The position numbers and the translations under genes are program-made. DNA of 64,000 nt from Phyllobates terribilis (lineage: Eukaryota): positions 61,318,001 through 61,382,000 of the forward strand of contig NW_027362765.1 of NCBI RefSeq assembly GCF_046119375.1, in the 5' to 3' direction. How positions within the stretch are numbered: the first letter of the stretch is position 1; each line of letters starts with the position of its first letter. Of this stretch, positions 1 to 12,120 are shown piece by piece. The notes under the pieces were generated by a model. It had not been told where the DNA came from. It made no database searches and saw nothing but the letters and a program-made list of their open reading frames with translations.

Positions 1-1503
1 TATATACTTAACAAAAAAGTGTGAAACAACTGAAAATATGTCTTATATTCTAGGTTCTTCAAAGTAGCCACCTTTTGCTTTGATGACTGCTTTGCACACT
101 CTTGGCATTCTCTTGATGAGCTTCAAGAGGTAGTCATCGGAAATGGCCTTCCAACAATCTTGAAGGAGTTCCCAGAGATGCTTAGCACTTGTTGGCCCTT
201 TTGCCTTCACTCTGCGGTCCAGCTCACCCCAAACCATCTCAATTGGGTTCAGGTCTGGTGACTGTGGAGGCCAGGTAATCTGGCGTAGCACCCCATCACT
301 CTCCATCTTGGTCAAATAGCCCTTACACAGCCTGGAGGTGTGTTTGGGGTCATTGTCCTGTTGAAAAATAAATGATGGTCCAACTAAACGCAATCCGGAT
401 GGAATAGCATGCCGCTGCAAGATGCTGTGGTAGCCACGCTGGTTCAGTATTCCTTCAATTTTGAATAAATCCCCAACAGTGTCACCAGCAAGGCACACCA
501 TCACACCTCCTCCTCCATGCTTCACGGTGGGAACCAGGCATGTAGAGTCCATCCGTTCACCTTTTCTGCGTCGCACAAAGACACTGTTGTTGGAACCAAA
601 GATCTCAAATTTGGACTCATCAGACCAAAGCACAGATTTCCACTGGTCTAATGTCCATTCCTTGTGTTCTTTAGCCCAAACAAGTCTCTTCTGCTTATTG
701 CCTGTCCTTAGTAGTGGTTTACTAGCAGCTATTTTAACATGAAGGCCTGCTGCACAAAGTCTCCTCTTAACAGTTGTTGTAGAGATGTGTCTGCTGGTAG
801 AACTCTGTGTGGCATTGACCTGGTCTCTAATCTGAGCTGCTGTTAACCTGCGATTTCTGAGGCTGGTGACTCGGATAAACTTATCCTCAGAAGGAGAGGT
901 GACTCTTGGTCTTCCTTTCCTGTGGCGGTCCTCATGTGAGGCAGTTTCTTTGTAGCGCTTGATGGTTTTTGCAACTGCACTTGGGGACACATTCAAAGTT
1001 TGCCCAATTTTTCGGACTGACTGACCTTCATTTCTTAAAGTAATGATGGCCACTCGTTTTTCTTTACTTAGCTGCTTTTTTCTTGCCATAATACAAATTC
1101 TAACAGTCTATTCAGTAGGATTATCAGCTGCGTATCCACCTGACTTCTATAGAACACAACTGATGGTCCCAACCCCATTTATAAGGCAAGAAATCCCACG
1201 TATTAAACCTGACAGGGCACACCTGTGAAGTGAAAACCATTTCCGGTGACTACCTTTTGAAGCTCATTAAGAGAATGCCAAGAGTGTGCAAAGCAGTCAT
1301 CAAAGCAAAAGGTGGTTACTTTGAAGAACCTAGAATATAAGACATATTTTCAGTTGTTTCACACTTTTTTGTTAAGTATATAATTCCACATGTGTTAATT
1401 CATAGTTCTGATGCCTTCAGTGTGAATGTACAATTTTCAAAGTCATGAAAATGCAGAAAAATCTTTAAATGAGAAGGTGTGTCCAAACTTTTGGTCTGTA
1501 CTG
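1..1503 (-). mobile_element. Tc1/mariner DNA transposon, DD38E (Intruder-like), left end outside window
   Basis: Terminus ...GGTCTGTACTG at 1503 followed by TA. 1237..1503 is an inverted repeat of the window start (1..~146) and matches the solo end at 22742..22998. Encloses the transposase ORF. Confidence 0.93.
43..1089 (-). CDS. Tc1-like transposase, 348 aa, DD38E triad; WG of the VMVWG motif deleted in frame
   Basis: Paired-like HTH N-terminus, [28 protein letters not shown]; 38 residues between second D and E counted by hand. Reads HGGGGVMVCL where Tc1 proteins have VMVWGCF. Confidence 0.92.
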   Translation of the reverse strand: MARKKQLSKEKRVAIITLRNEGQSVRKIGQTLNVSPSAVAKTIKRYKETASHEDRHRKGRPRVTSPSEDKFIRVTSLRNRRLTAAQIRDQVNATQSSTSRHISTTTVKRRLCAAGLHVKIAASKPLLRTGNKQKRLVWAKEHKEWTLDQWKSVLWSDESKFEIFGSNNSVFVRRRKGERMDSTCLVPTVKHGGGGVMVCLAGDTVGDLFKIEGILNQRGYHSILQRHAIPSGLRLVGPSFIFQQDNDPKHTSRLCKGYLTKMESDGVLRQITWPPQSPDLNPIEMVWGELDRRVKAKGPTSAKHLWELLQDCWKAISDDYLLKLIKRMPRVCKAVIKAKGGYFEEPRI

Positions 1504-3494
1504 TATATATATATATTCACGTCTGGCTCGTAATCCAGGACCTTGGTAAAACTCCGGGGACTGGTAAGAACCCCTTCCCACAAGAAAGAATACTTTAGAA
1601 ACTGCGTCTATACAAGTAACTAGCCCAGACATTTCATGTCGACGTTTGTAATATATATAAATTTTATTTTTAATATATTCAGGACCAGTTATCAAACTTG
1701 GGCTCGGCCTGGAGAAAATAAAGGCCTAAAAGGTGATCCCACTACCATGTGCAAAATAAATGTGGGAACAAGATGACATCTTCTCCGTGATATTTGTACC
1801 CCCGAAATGCGCCCGTGACAGGGATCCTCTGTATCTAGAGGAATGATAGTTTCTTCCCATCACTGAGGGAGATTATTTACTGTGAGACAGTGGGACAATG
1901 GGTTCTTAAATTCCTTATTGTAGACGCCCTGACTGCTGTAACAGTAGTGAGAGTACAGGGTCTTCTGCCATATAATGCTGTACTGTTGATTCACAACAAA
2001 AGTACAAAGAGGGTCAAGATACCCTCCTTGATAAATATAATATTACAGACTATGGGACTAGAGCTTTTTTTTTTTTTTATGATCGAGGAAACTAGACCGA
2101 TCGCCGTATGTGAAGTCGGGAAGGATTCTTTCCCCCGACTCATGGGTTTATCTGCTCCCGGAACAGTAGTATGCTACGTTATAGGATGAACTCAATAGAC
2201 ATTTATCTCCCTTCAACCACAACCCCTAGTACTTAAAGGTAGTAGCTGAATTGAGATCCCTGTTACAAAACAGAATACTAGGCCAATCAGAGCATAGTTG
2301 TTCCTCTGGCTAAACCCAGATGCACAGATTGAGGTAAAGGAATCTGGATCTGGGTCCAGAAATACAAAGATTCTATAACCAGAATCGAGCCCAGAGACAA
2401 AGTGTGAAAAGGTAAGCTGGAGACACAAGGTACGAGGCACGATGCCAGTGTCCCAAGGCATAAGCCGTAGGCACAGAACCACAGGCACAAAGCCACAAAT
2501 CCACAGGGCACAAGGCCACAGGCACAATGAGAGACTATGAAGTACAATGAGGTACTATGAGGTCCAGAGGAACTATAAAGTACAACTAGGTACTATGTAC
2601 TTTATAGTGCCTCTGGACCTCAATGAGGCAATCTGAGGCACAAAGGCTAGATAAGAGACTAGACTTTTCAATCAGGAGAGTAATTAATCTGAACTCAGAA
2701 TGAACCTCCTATATGAGTAGTACAACTCAATTGTCAGACTAGCCCCACCTGAAGGAGCCACTTTAATGAGGTGCAGGTGGAGGGCAGCCTTCATGGAGAC
2801 AGTGTGTCCTTTAGACTGATACTGGTCTGCAGACAACAGTGAAGCGTGTGTTTATTCCACCATATAGAGAGACAAACATGCTTGCCATAAGTCAAACTGT
2901 GAAGCCCAATCATGAGGCCCTGTGCAGCCATGACATGCAGCTAACTGGTCAAACTTTAGCACATGGGGCTCTAGGCCCAGCTTTGGCATAAGGCATGAGG
3001 CTAGTAACTGCCCAGAGGCCTAGTCCCATGCACTTACCTGTGCTGGCTCCACATCGAATAGAACAACAGGGGGAGTTGGTAATGCCGAGAGTCCATCATG
3101 GAGGGAAGCGATGTCACACCGGGACTGCTGCACAGGCTGGCTGAGGGACCTCTCCCAGAGAGGTATCAGCCCCGGACTGCTTGACAGAGGGAAGGGAAGA
3201 GAAGGCCTGTTTGTTAGGCAATCCCTGCATGTGTCACAGCTAATAGTCTACACATACAGCCGTGGCGGCTCGAGCATAGATGCAGAGCACGCCGAAAATA
3301 CTCGGGCAGCACCCGAGCGTGCTCTGTGAAAGGGTAATCCGAGTACGCTTACGCAACACTATAGGTAAGAGATTCATGGTCTCCTGTCCAGCATCCCGTG
3401 AATTGATCCGCTCAGCTCTAGTTCCAACTGTCCTGGATACGGTGAACAGCCCCGTATAAATAAATTACGGCCTTTCTGCTCTGCTATCTGTAGC

Positions 3495-4012
3495 ATGTGG
3501 TCTGGGGCACGGCCGGCACAATCTAGTACCGTCCTCACGTGTGGTCTGGGGCACGGCAGGCACAATCTAGTACCGTCCTCACGTGTGGTCTGGGGAACGG
3601 CAGGCACAATCTAGTACCGTCCTCACGTGTGGTCTGGGGCACGGCAGGCACAATCTAGTACCGTCCTCACGTGTGGTCTGGGGCACGGCAGGCACAATCT
3701 AGCACCGTCCTCACGTGTGGTCTGGGGTACGGCAGGCACAATCTAGTACCGTCCTCACGTGTGGTCTGGGGCACGGCCGGCACAATCTAGTACCGTCCTC
3801 ACGTGTGGTCTGGGGCACGGCAGGCACAATCTAGTACCGTCCTCACGTGTGGTCTGGGGCACGGCAGGCACAATCTAGTACCGTCCTCACGTGTGGTCTG
3901 GGGCACGGCAGGCACAATCTAGTACCGTCCTCACGTGTGGTCTGGGGCACGGCAGGCACAATCTAGTACCGTCCTCATGTGTGGTCTAAGGCACGGCAGG
4001 CACAATCTAGTA
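3495..4012. repeat. 44-bp minisatellite, about 12 copies
   Basis: Unit GTGTGGTCTGGGGCACGGCAGGCACAATCTAGTACCGTCCTCAC repeated with few substitutions. Confidence 0.97.
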
Positions 4013-4019
4013 AGTCCTA

Positions 4020-4423
4020 TTGATGTCGTTGGTCTTCATCCGACACAGTCCTCCTTCTCTGCTTCATGTGGATTACACATCCAACGTCATCCACACAGCC
4101 TCTGCCATCGCTCTCCTGCGCAGGCACACTTCTCTGCTCTGTGGGGGAGAGGGCAGAGAGAAGTGCACCTGCGCAGGAGTGCGATGGAAGACATTGTCGG
4201 GATGATGAACAACGGCAATCTCAGGCAGAGGAGGCGCCGGAATAACACCAGAGAAACACATTGGACGGCACCGCCCTGTAGGCGAGTCTAATATAAGTTT
4301 GTTTTTTTTACATTATGCAGATCAGCTTGGGGACTTTTATACGGCATTCTAGAATGCTGTATATAAATGCCATACAGGTGGTGGTCGTACTTTATATGGG
4401 GGCAACCAGGTGACAGGTTCCCT
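4020..4423. mobile_element. Right end of a T2/Kolobok-type MITE
   Basis: Ends GGTGACAGGTTCCCT followed by TTAA; left end not found, start coordinate approximate. Confidence 0.45.
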
Positions 4424-4769
4424 TTAAGCAGGTTTTCATCGATGCAGGTTGTACAAGTGAACTTCATTGTTTCAAATTAGTTTACCTGTCTAAGCCATGT
4501 TTTAAAATTGTACCTTTTACATGGTTTACACAGATGCATCATGGGCTTTTCCTGTCCTATGCATAAAATGAAAGGCTAAAATGCAATGTGGAAACTTAAT
4601 CAGAGAAATGTTTTATTTACATTCAGAACAGGTTTAAAAGAAACAAATAACCATTACCACAGAAATCTCAAACTTTTAATTGTAGAAATATTATATAAAT
4701 AACATTTTAACATTATATATAAAAATAATTCTAATTTTATAAAAGTGCATTTAGGGGAGGATTGTGGGT

Positions 4770-6400
4770 AAGGTCTTTTGCTTTGCCCCGACCCCTCGGC
4801 CTGCCTCCGGTGTCTGATGTTTCAGCGTCCTGGAACTGAGATTATGATGCCTGCTTTGGATAGCAAATCAATAGCCTTGAAAAACCCAGGAATGAGGGAA
4901 GGGATCTTAGGGGGGTTGGTCTCAAAAACAAGGCAGAGTGGAAAATTCTATTTTGCGGCTGTAGGAGACAACGTCTCGGACCCAAGCGTTGTTGACTACT
5001 GAGAGCCACTCATCCCAGAACCAAAGGATGCCCACCCTGAGAAACATCCCAGGTGGGAACTCCGCGTCATACAGAAGAGAATCTGCTAGATCCAGGCCTA
5101 GCAGACCGGCGCTGGTGGCTTTGTTGACGCCAGGAGGGGGCTAGCCTAAAGGAAGGTCTCTTCTTTTCCTGGCGGGCCAGATAGTTGTCTTGTCAGTTGC
5201 CGTTCTACACTGAAAATTTCCGAAAGGACCAAAACTGGACTGGGCGTCTCTTGGGAGGAGGGCGTTTGGCCCTCTGTTGCGGAAGCAAAATACTCTTACC
5301 CCCCATGGTGTTAGAGATCATCTTATCTAGCTCTTCGAAAAGGTGGGAGCCCTGGAAGGGGAGACTGGTGAACTTTTTGGAAGCCGAATCCACGTTCCAT
5401 GATTTCAGCTATGAGGCCATGTGAATGGTGATGTTGCCGGCTGCCAGGGATGAATAGGCAGCTGCAGGGGGGGCGACACTTTTGTTATAGGCAGTGAGGG
5501 GCTCCTGGGGAGGTAACAGTGGGCGGACTGCAGTCCTGGCAGAGGGACCAGGTCTGACCTGAGGGAAACCTTTTGTTACAGGAGAAACAGGCAAAATTCA
5601 GGACAATGGGAGTGAGACTCCCTGGGGTTAGGCATAGAGAGAAGAGAAAGAAACAGGTGCTAGAGAGTGCTAATCTGTGGATAAAGAGCTGCACCCCTCC
5701 CCAGTGGTAGAGCTTACTCAGATCCTGCATCCTGAGGACCTGGAGACGCTGAAGGCGGCGGAGATCCGGCAGAACCAGGCGATGAGATTGCAGAGTTCAG
5801 GTGAGCTGCGGCAGTGTTATAAACTGGCGACAGAAAGATGGCGCCGAGCAGAAGAGGGAGGAGGAAAAGGAAAAACACGAGGAGGGTTCTCGCCCACCAG
5901 AATGCAAAGTGCGCTCTTATAGGTGGAAAGTGAAAAGCACTGGAGAGACGGCGTGCGTGATTATTTAGGCTGCTAGGGGTGTGGCCCGGCCACTGGAGAA
6001 AGTCTAGACCGAAGCCTGGATTTTTTAAAGAGAGGGGCCGCAGGAACCTCTGGAAAACGTGGAGGTGGCATCCCTCCTTTTGTTTTTTTATTGGAGCATC
6101 CTCACTGCCTGGTAGGATATACCTGTACTGAACAGCCTGAATCCTTCTTCGCAGACCGATGATGAAGATGGGCATGAGAACCTGGACACAGACCTTCAGG
6201 CGGCTGGCAGGTAATGGATCAGTCTTCCCTCCCTGCAACCTCTGAATCTGAGGAGGCGATGAGGCGAGTGGGCAGGGGATTAGTGTCAAGGACCATCTGC
6301 CGGGGAACCTCAAACACTCTTGTTGTGTTAGGGTCCTGCCTTGCAGACCACAGAGGATACAGTAGTGAAACAATTCCACTGTCGCCTTCACAAACCGTAT
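4770..6400 (-). mobile_element. DIRS1-like retrotransposon fragment (gag C-terminus and RT N-terminus), degraded
   Basis: Minus-strand peptides DSASKKFTSLPFQGSHLFEELDKMISNTMGGKSILLPQ (5205..5393, DIRS gag-like) and WDEWLSVVNNAWVRDVVSYSRKIEFS (about 4940..5020, start of DIRS RT ORF). Confidence 0.7.
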
Positions 6401-6461
6401 CTGAAAGAAAAAGGGGAATCATTAATAAAAAATTTTTAAAAAAAAAAAACAAAACACCTAA

Positions 6462-6808
6462 GGCTACTTTCACATTGTGTTCTGTGTCCCAGTCGGGTCA
6501 TACGTCCAGAATCCCCAGCAAAACGGGGTCTGACGTATGCGCTGACGGGGGCCATAGACTGCAATGGTGATGGCAGAGCGAACATGCACTTTTTCCGGGA
6601 GTGTATGCCTACAGGAGGTGGACTCTCAGACACAGTAGCCTATGTGAGTGTCCGCCACCTGTGGGTGTACACTACGGAAAGCACAAGTTTGCTCAGCCGT
6701 TACCATTGCAGTCTATGGTCACTGTCAGCGCATACGTCCAAACCCCGTTTTCTGGGGATCTCAGACGTATGCCCTGACGAGGACACAGAACGCAATGTGA
6801 AAACAACC
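6462..6808. mobile_element. PIF/Harbinger (Tourist-like) MITE
   Basis: TIR GGCTACTTTCACATT / AATGTGAAAACAACC, TAA on both sides (6459..6461, 6809..6811), near-palindromic interior. Confidence 0.85.
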
Positions 6809-6959
6809 TAAGGTAGAAACGGCCTGGGTCCAGACCCGTGATTGCCTCCTACTGGCACTAAGCTAAAACTGATTAGCGTCGTGCAAGTTAATGATGCACC
6901 CTTCTGGAGAAGAGCTAACTTTTTTTGCATAGTGTCATCAGCATACACCCATGTTTTTT

Positions 6960-7740
6960 GTGTCCCCCAATGAAGCATTAACCCCCCACCCCAAATCTCC
7001 CCCAGCATTAACCCCCCCACACAGGGCCCCCAGGATTAATCCCCCCACACCAACCAGAGGACCCCAAAGCCCACAAGACGTCCCCCTCCCCCCAAGCATA
7101 AACCCACACCAGCTGCCTCCCCAAGCATAAACCCCCACCGCAAATACCAGCAGACGACCCACCTCCCTATCAAGCATAAAGCCCCACCAGATGCCTTCTC
7201 CCCCCCTAACACCACCAGATGTACCTCCCAAAGAATAAACTCCCACCAGATGCCCCCCTACAAACATTATCCCCCCCAAAGGTGTTCATAATCCCCCCCC
7301 CCCCAGAGCCCCCACAGGCGTGCATCATCCAACCACCACCCCCAGAGCCCCAACGGGGGTGCACCGTCTCCCCAGAGCCCCCATGCGGGTGCACAATATA
7401 CCCCCCAGAGCCGTGCAAAAAATCCCCCCCAGAGCCCCCACGGGCGTGCATCATCCAACCCCCCCCTCCCCCCCACGGGCGTGAATCATCCACCCCCCCC
7501 CTCCCCCCCACGGGCATGCACAATATCCCCCCACCAGAACCTCCACGGGCGTGCATAATATCCCCCCCCCAGATCCTCCACAATCGGGCACTGTCACTCC
7601 AGAGCCCCAGCACAAGCGGGCACCGTTGCCTCAGAGCCCCACGAATCTGCACAGTCCCCCCAGAGCCCCCAAAAGCATACATTATCTTTGCATTATTCCC
7701 CAGAGCCCCCTAAGAGTTCCACAAGCATTAATTAACCCTG
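6960..7740. repeat. C-rich imperfect tandem repeats
   Basis: Recurrent CCCCCAGAGCCCCCAC(G)GGCGTGCATCATCC and poly-C runs; source of the Pro/Gly-rich spurious ORFs. Confidence 0.8.
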
Positions 7741-7859
7741 CAAATCCCACACCCCCAAGTATCAGCCCCCTCATCCCAAAAACAACAAGAAGAGAAGACA
7801 TCAAACCAGCAATTAATAAACCAAACTCCTGTAGGTCAGCTCAGGACACTGACCTCCTC

Positions 7860-8000
7860 CTGCAGCTTCACATGAGACTATGGGGTCTGGTGCTGAACTA
7901 GAACACGCCCCCGGAAATGACGTCATATCCGGAAGAAGCCCATACATTCTAGTGTGCTTACAGGACCTGTGATGATGTCACATGGAGGGGAGGAGCCATA
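7860..8000. promoter_or_regulatory. Candidate promoter with abutting ETS and CRE motifs
   Basis: CCGGAAA (7911..7917) directly followed by TGACGTCA (7918..7925) and a second CCGGAAG (7929..7935). Confidence 0.35.
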
Positions 8001-8116
8001 CTAGAGTTTGCAGGAAGTGAAACGATTTCTTTCATAGGAAGCGGCCACATGTAAGACAACAAGCTGGAGGAGCTGAGTGTCCGGTAAGGAGGTTTAGCAC
8101 CTGCTTCTGATGGGCT

Positions 8117-9690
8117 CCCCCTTCATGACCGGAGACATTTTCCGTTTTTGTATTTTTGTTTTTTTGCTCCCCTTGTTCCCAGAGCCATAGCGTTTTTATT
8201 TTTTGGTCAATATTGCCATGTGAAGGCTTATTTTTTGCGGGACGAGTTGTACTTTTAATCACCATTACTAGTTTTACCATATTGTGTACTGGAAAACGGG
8301 AAAAAAGTTCCAAGTGCGGTGAAATTGCAAAAAAAAATGCAATTCCACAGTGTTTTTTTTACCACCTTCACTGAATGCTAAAGCTGACCTGCCATTGTTA
8401 TTCTCCAGGTCATTATGAGTTCGTAGACACCAAACATGTATAGGTTCTTTTATATTTAAGTGGTGAAAAAAAAATCCAAAGTTTGCTAAAAAAAGAAAAA
8501 AAAATAGCACCATTTTCCAAGACCTGTAGCGTCTCCATTTTTCGGGATCTGGGGCCGGGTGAGGTCTTATTTTTTGCGCGCCGAGCTGACTTTTTATTGA
8601 TACCATTTTGGGATAAATCCGATGTTTTGATCGCTCGTTATTGCATTTTATTGCAATGTTGCGGCGACCAAAAAAACGTAATTCTGGTGTTTAGAATTTT
8701 TTTTCTCGTTACGCCGGTTATCGATCAGATTAATTATTTTTTTATATTGATTGGTCGATTCTGAACGCGGCGATACCAAATATGTGTATGTGGTTTTTTT
8801 TATTATTTTATTTTGAATGGGGCAAAAGGGGGGTGATTTAAACTGTTATATTTTTTTAGGCTGCGTGCCCACTATGCATTTTTCAAGCATTTTTGATGTG
8901 GAATTTCTGCAGCGGAAACGCTTTAAAAACGCTTGGTAATACGTGCCCCATGGTCCCCAATGAAAATCCACATGTTCTTTGCTCATGCTGTGGAATTTCC
9001 TTGTGGAAAAATCCACGGCATGTCCATTATTTGTGCGTTTCTGCATGCGGATTTGAGGTCACATTGCATTTGAAAAACGCAAGTCAAATCCGCATGTAAA
9101 AACGCGTGTAAAATCTGCAAGCGTTTTTACTGCCAAGGACATGCAGAAACGCTGCCGAAATTTTCTGCTTCAATTCTGCATCGTGGGCACATAGCCTAAA
9201 AAACATTTTTTTACACTTTCTGCATGCTTCAATAGTTTCCATAGGAGACTAGAAGCAGCAGTTTTCTGATTGCTTCTACTGCATACAGGCGACGAGCAGA
9301 TGCAGCAGAAATGCTCATGTGCTATGAGTGCCGATAACTAGGTGACGCTCATAGCAATCTTTACATGACAACCACAGGGGTCTGCTGCAGACCCTGGGTT
9401 GCCATGCCCACCCATGAGTGACCCGCGATCTCGTGACTGTGTCACCGATGGGTGGGGTAAGTTACGCGCTTCCGGCACTGTTAAATGCCGCTGTCAAAGA
9501 TTGACAGCAGCATTTTACTGGTTAACAGCCGCGGGTGGATCGCGATTCCACCCTCGGCTGTTGCGGGCACATGTCAGCTGTGAGAATCAGCTGACATGTG
9601 CCCAGTTCAGCATGGGCTCAGAGCCGGAGCCCCTGCTGAAAAGGCCTTTCCGACGTGGGGCGTACTATTACTGACCATGTTGGAAAGGGG
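8117..9690. mobile_element. Non-autonomous piggyBac-like element
   Basis: Left end CCCCTTCATGACC (TTAA lost); right end GGAAAGGGG followed by TTAA (9691..9694). No transposase ORF. Confidence 0.6.
8859..9196. mobile_element. PIF/Harbinger MITE nested in the piggyBac-like element
   Basis: TIR GGCTGCGTGCCCAC / GTGGGCACATAGCC flanked by TTA and TAA; same terminal family as 39305..40718. Confidence 0.8.
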
Positions 9691-10272
9691 TTAAGCAGAC
9701 CTAATGATGGGCCCTTTCGATCTTTCTCTTGACAAAACCCCACTAAAAGCTCCGTCCTGAGGAACCTTTTGTGAGTTGAGGGGAAACGCGTCGAATGCAC
9801 ATACGTTAATTAAGCACATTATGTTGGGGGATCTTCTTAGCATCTATATATTACCCTGTTTTTTATATTTCTGGTATATTGTGTATCAGCATTTGAGGTA
9901 TTTTTTGTCTATTATATTATATTCATGTATGGGGGGGATAATCTTTACATATTTGTTTCTGGCCATTTATTATCATATAGTGGTTTAGGGGCAACCAAGC
10001 CAACGTTGAGCAGGGGTGCCAACCTCCGCGATTAGGGTGGGTGGAAATAGAGGGCTAAACAGAAAAGAGGGATAAACAGGACCCTCTCTTTACATCCATA
10101 AACAATAATACATAATTTAAGTTATTAATAAAGCATGTAATTTTAGGTATATTTTCTTATCGCCACGACAGCACTCACTGAGAGAGGGGATCCGCCCACA
10201 AGGACAGGAAACCTACAGATAAAAAGGGGTGGTCCCCCTTGCTTGCCCCCTCAGTTGGTTTCCTGTCCTTAA

Positions 10273-10524
10273 AGGGGTATTCCCATCTCCAAGATCCTAT
10301 CCCAATATGTAGTAGGTGTAATAATAATAATATTAGCAAATACCTCCAATTAGAAATGTAGTATAGTATTTTTGAATCGCTATGTCTCTCTTTCCTCATG
10401 TGCAGGCATCGCAGGACCTTAGGTTTCCATGGTTACGTCCACTGATAAAGAGACAGTTAGTTAACTAGCTGCTAGTGGTCGTAACCGTGGATACCTAAGG
10501 TCCTGTATTGCCTGCACATGAGGT
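10273..10524. mobile_element. Truncated T2/Kolobok-type MITE inside the DIRS element
   Basis: TTAA followed by AGGGGTATTCCC; internal inverted repeat (GCAGGACCTTAGG...CCTAAGGTCCTG). Right end missing, joined directly to DIRS pol. Confidence 0.65.
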
Positions 10525-12120
10525 AAGTGGCATAGCAAATCAAAAATATTCCCCTCTATTCCTGGTTCCCAAACCTAATGGTTCCTTTAGTACTATTATT
10601 AACTTACGGAAATTGAACTCCTTCCTTAGATCCCAAACTTTTACAATGGAATCCATAAAGTCTATTTGGCTTCTGCTTCCCAGGTGTTTCATGGCCATAG
10701 TGGATCTAAAGGATGCATATTATCATCTTCCTATTCATCAAGACCACCAACAGTTTCTAAGGGTTGCACTGCATTTGGACGACCAGGTCAGGCACTTCCA
10801 GTTCACCGCAGTGCCATTTGGCCTGTCCATGGCTCCACTTATCTTCACAAAGGTGATTGCAGAAGTAATGGCCCATTTGCCAGAAAGGGTTATCCCATAT
10901 CTCCCATATCTAGATGACTTCCTGATAGTGGTGAAGTCTGCAGCTCAATGTGCTTCCCGACTAAACCATATTATATCGTCCTTACAGGATCTGGGTTGGA
11001 TCATAAACCTGCAAAAATCAAGACTGTCTCCATCAACCTTGCAGAGTTTTCTGGGTCTACCGGAAGACAAACTGATCAATATTATAAGCAAGGTCCACAG
11101 GGTAGTGCACAATCCATAACTGTCTCTAAGAGACGACATGTCCCTGATGGGATACCTGACCTCTTGTATCCCAACAGTCCAGTGGGCATAATTCCACTTC
11201 AGGGATCTACAATGCGAGGTTCTCAAGGTGAACAAAATCTTGCGAGGACATCTAGAAGGGAAGATGCGTCTGTCAGCTTCCACAGTAGACTTTCTATGTT
11301 GGTGGCTAGATCCAGCTCATTTGTCCAAGGGGGTCCCATGGGTCATAACACTGGACAACATAGTGATGACAGATGCTATCCCCTCGGGGGTGGGGGGCCT
11401 ATATAGTGGATCACATAGCCCAGAGACGGTGGACAACAAGCAATGCAATAGGTTCCTCAAATCTGAAAAAGTTAAAGGCAGTGAAATATGCCCTCTTAAG
11501 ATTCCTGCCCATTCTTCGGAATTCCCATGTGCGAATACACACCGACAGTACCACGGTAGTTGCTTATCTGAGTCACCAGGTAGGTAAATGGTCACCTTCT
11601 CTGATGTCCACGGCGGAGGAGATTTTCTTACTGGCAGAAAAACATCTCCTCTCCCTCTCAGCCCTGCACATCAGGGGGATAGACAATATCAGAGCAGACT
11701 ACCTCAGTCGTCATTCTCTACACCAAGGAAGTGGGCATTGAACAAACAGATTTTTCAACAAATAGTTCAGCTATGGGGGGTTCTGGCCATAGACCTCTTT
11801 TCAACCAGAAGCAACAGAAAGATCAAACGGTTTGCTTCACTACGGACATCGGATCACCCAGAAGTAGTGGATGCTCTACAGACTCGGTGGTCTTATGATC
11901 TAGCCTATGCCTTTCCCCCAATGTGTCTCATTCCAATAGTCCTCAGAAACATCAGGGAGGAAGGAGCGAGAGTGATCCTAATTACTCCTTTCTGGCCCAG
12001 GAGGCCTTGGTTTTCGTGGCTGAAAGCCATGTCAGTAACCGACCCATGGATCCTGCTATCAGGTCTGGAGCTGCTCTCTCAGGGTCCATTCCGTCACCCT
12101 CAAGCAGAGAGTCTCCATCT
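10525..12120 (+). pseudogene. DIRS RT / RNase H / methyltransferase-like ORF with frameshifts
   Basis: YSPLFLVPKPNGS, DLKDAYYH, PFGLSMAP, YLDDFL; HTDSTTVVAYL and HIRGIDNIRADYLSR (RNase H); IDLFST...DAL...LAYAFPP (methylase-like). Confidence 0.88.

Noticed and set aside
1520-3240. Possible degraded Gypsy gag/LTR remnant (ERILPDFTYGDRSSFL on minus; TGTGTCACA near 3238)
   Set aside because: Only a short weak peptide similarity; no second terminus, PBS or TSD could be established.
3265-3361. Degenerate right half of a TAGTGATGAGC-type hAT MITE
   Set aside because: TIR is corrupted and no left end or TSD was found.
3495-4012. CRISPR-like appearance of the 44-bp repeats
   Set aside because: Units are head-to-tail with no unique spacers, and the context is eukaryotic; it is a minisatellite.
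6938-7901. Pro/Gly-rich ORFs of 69-164 aa
   Set aside because: Arise from C-rich low-complexity repeats; no domain content.
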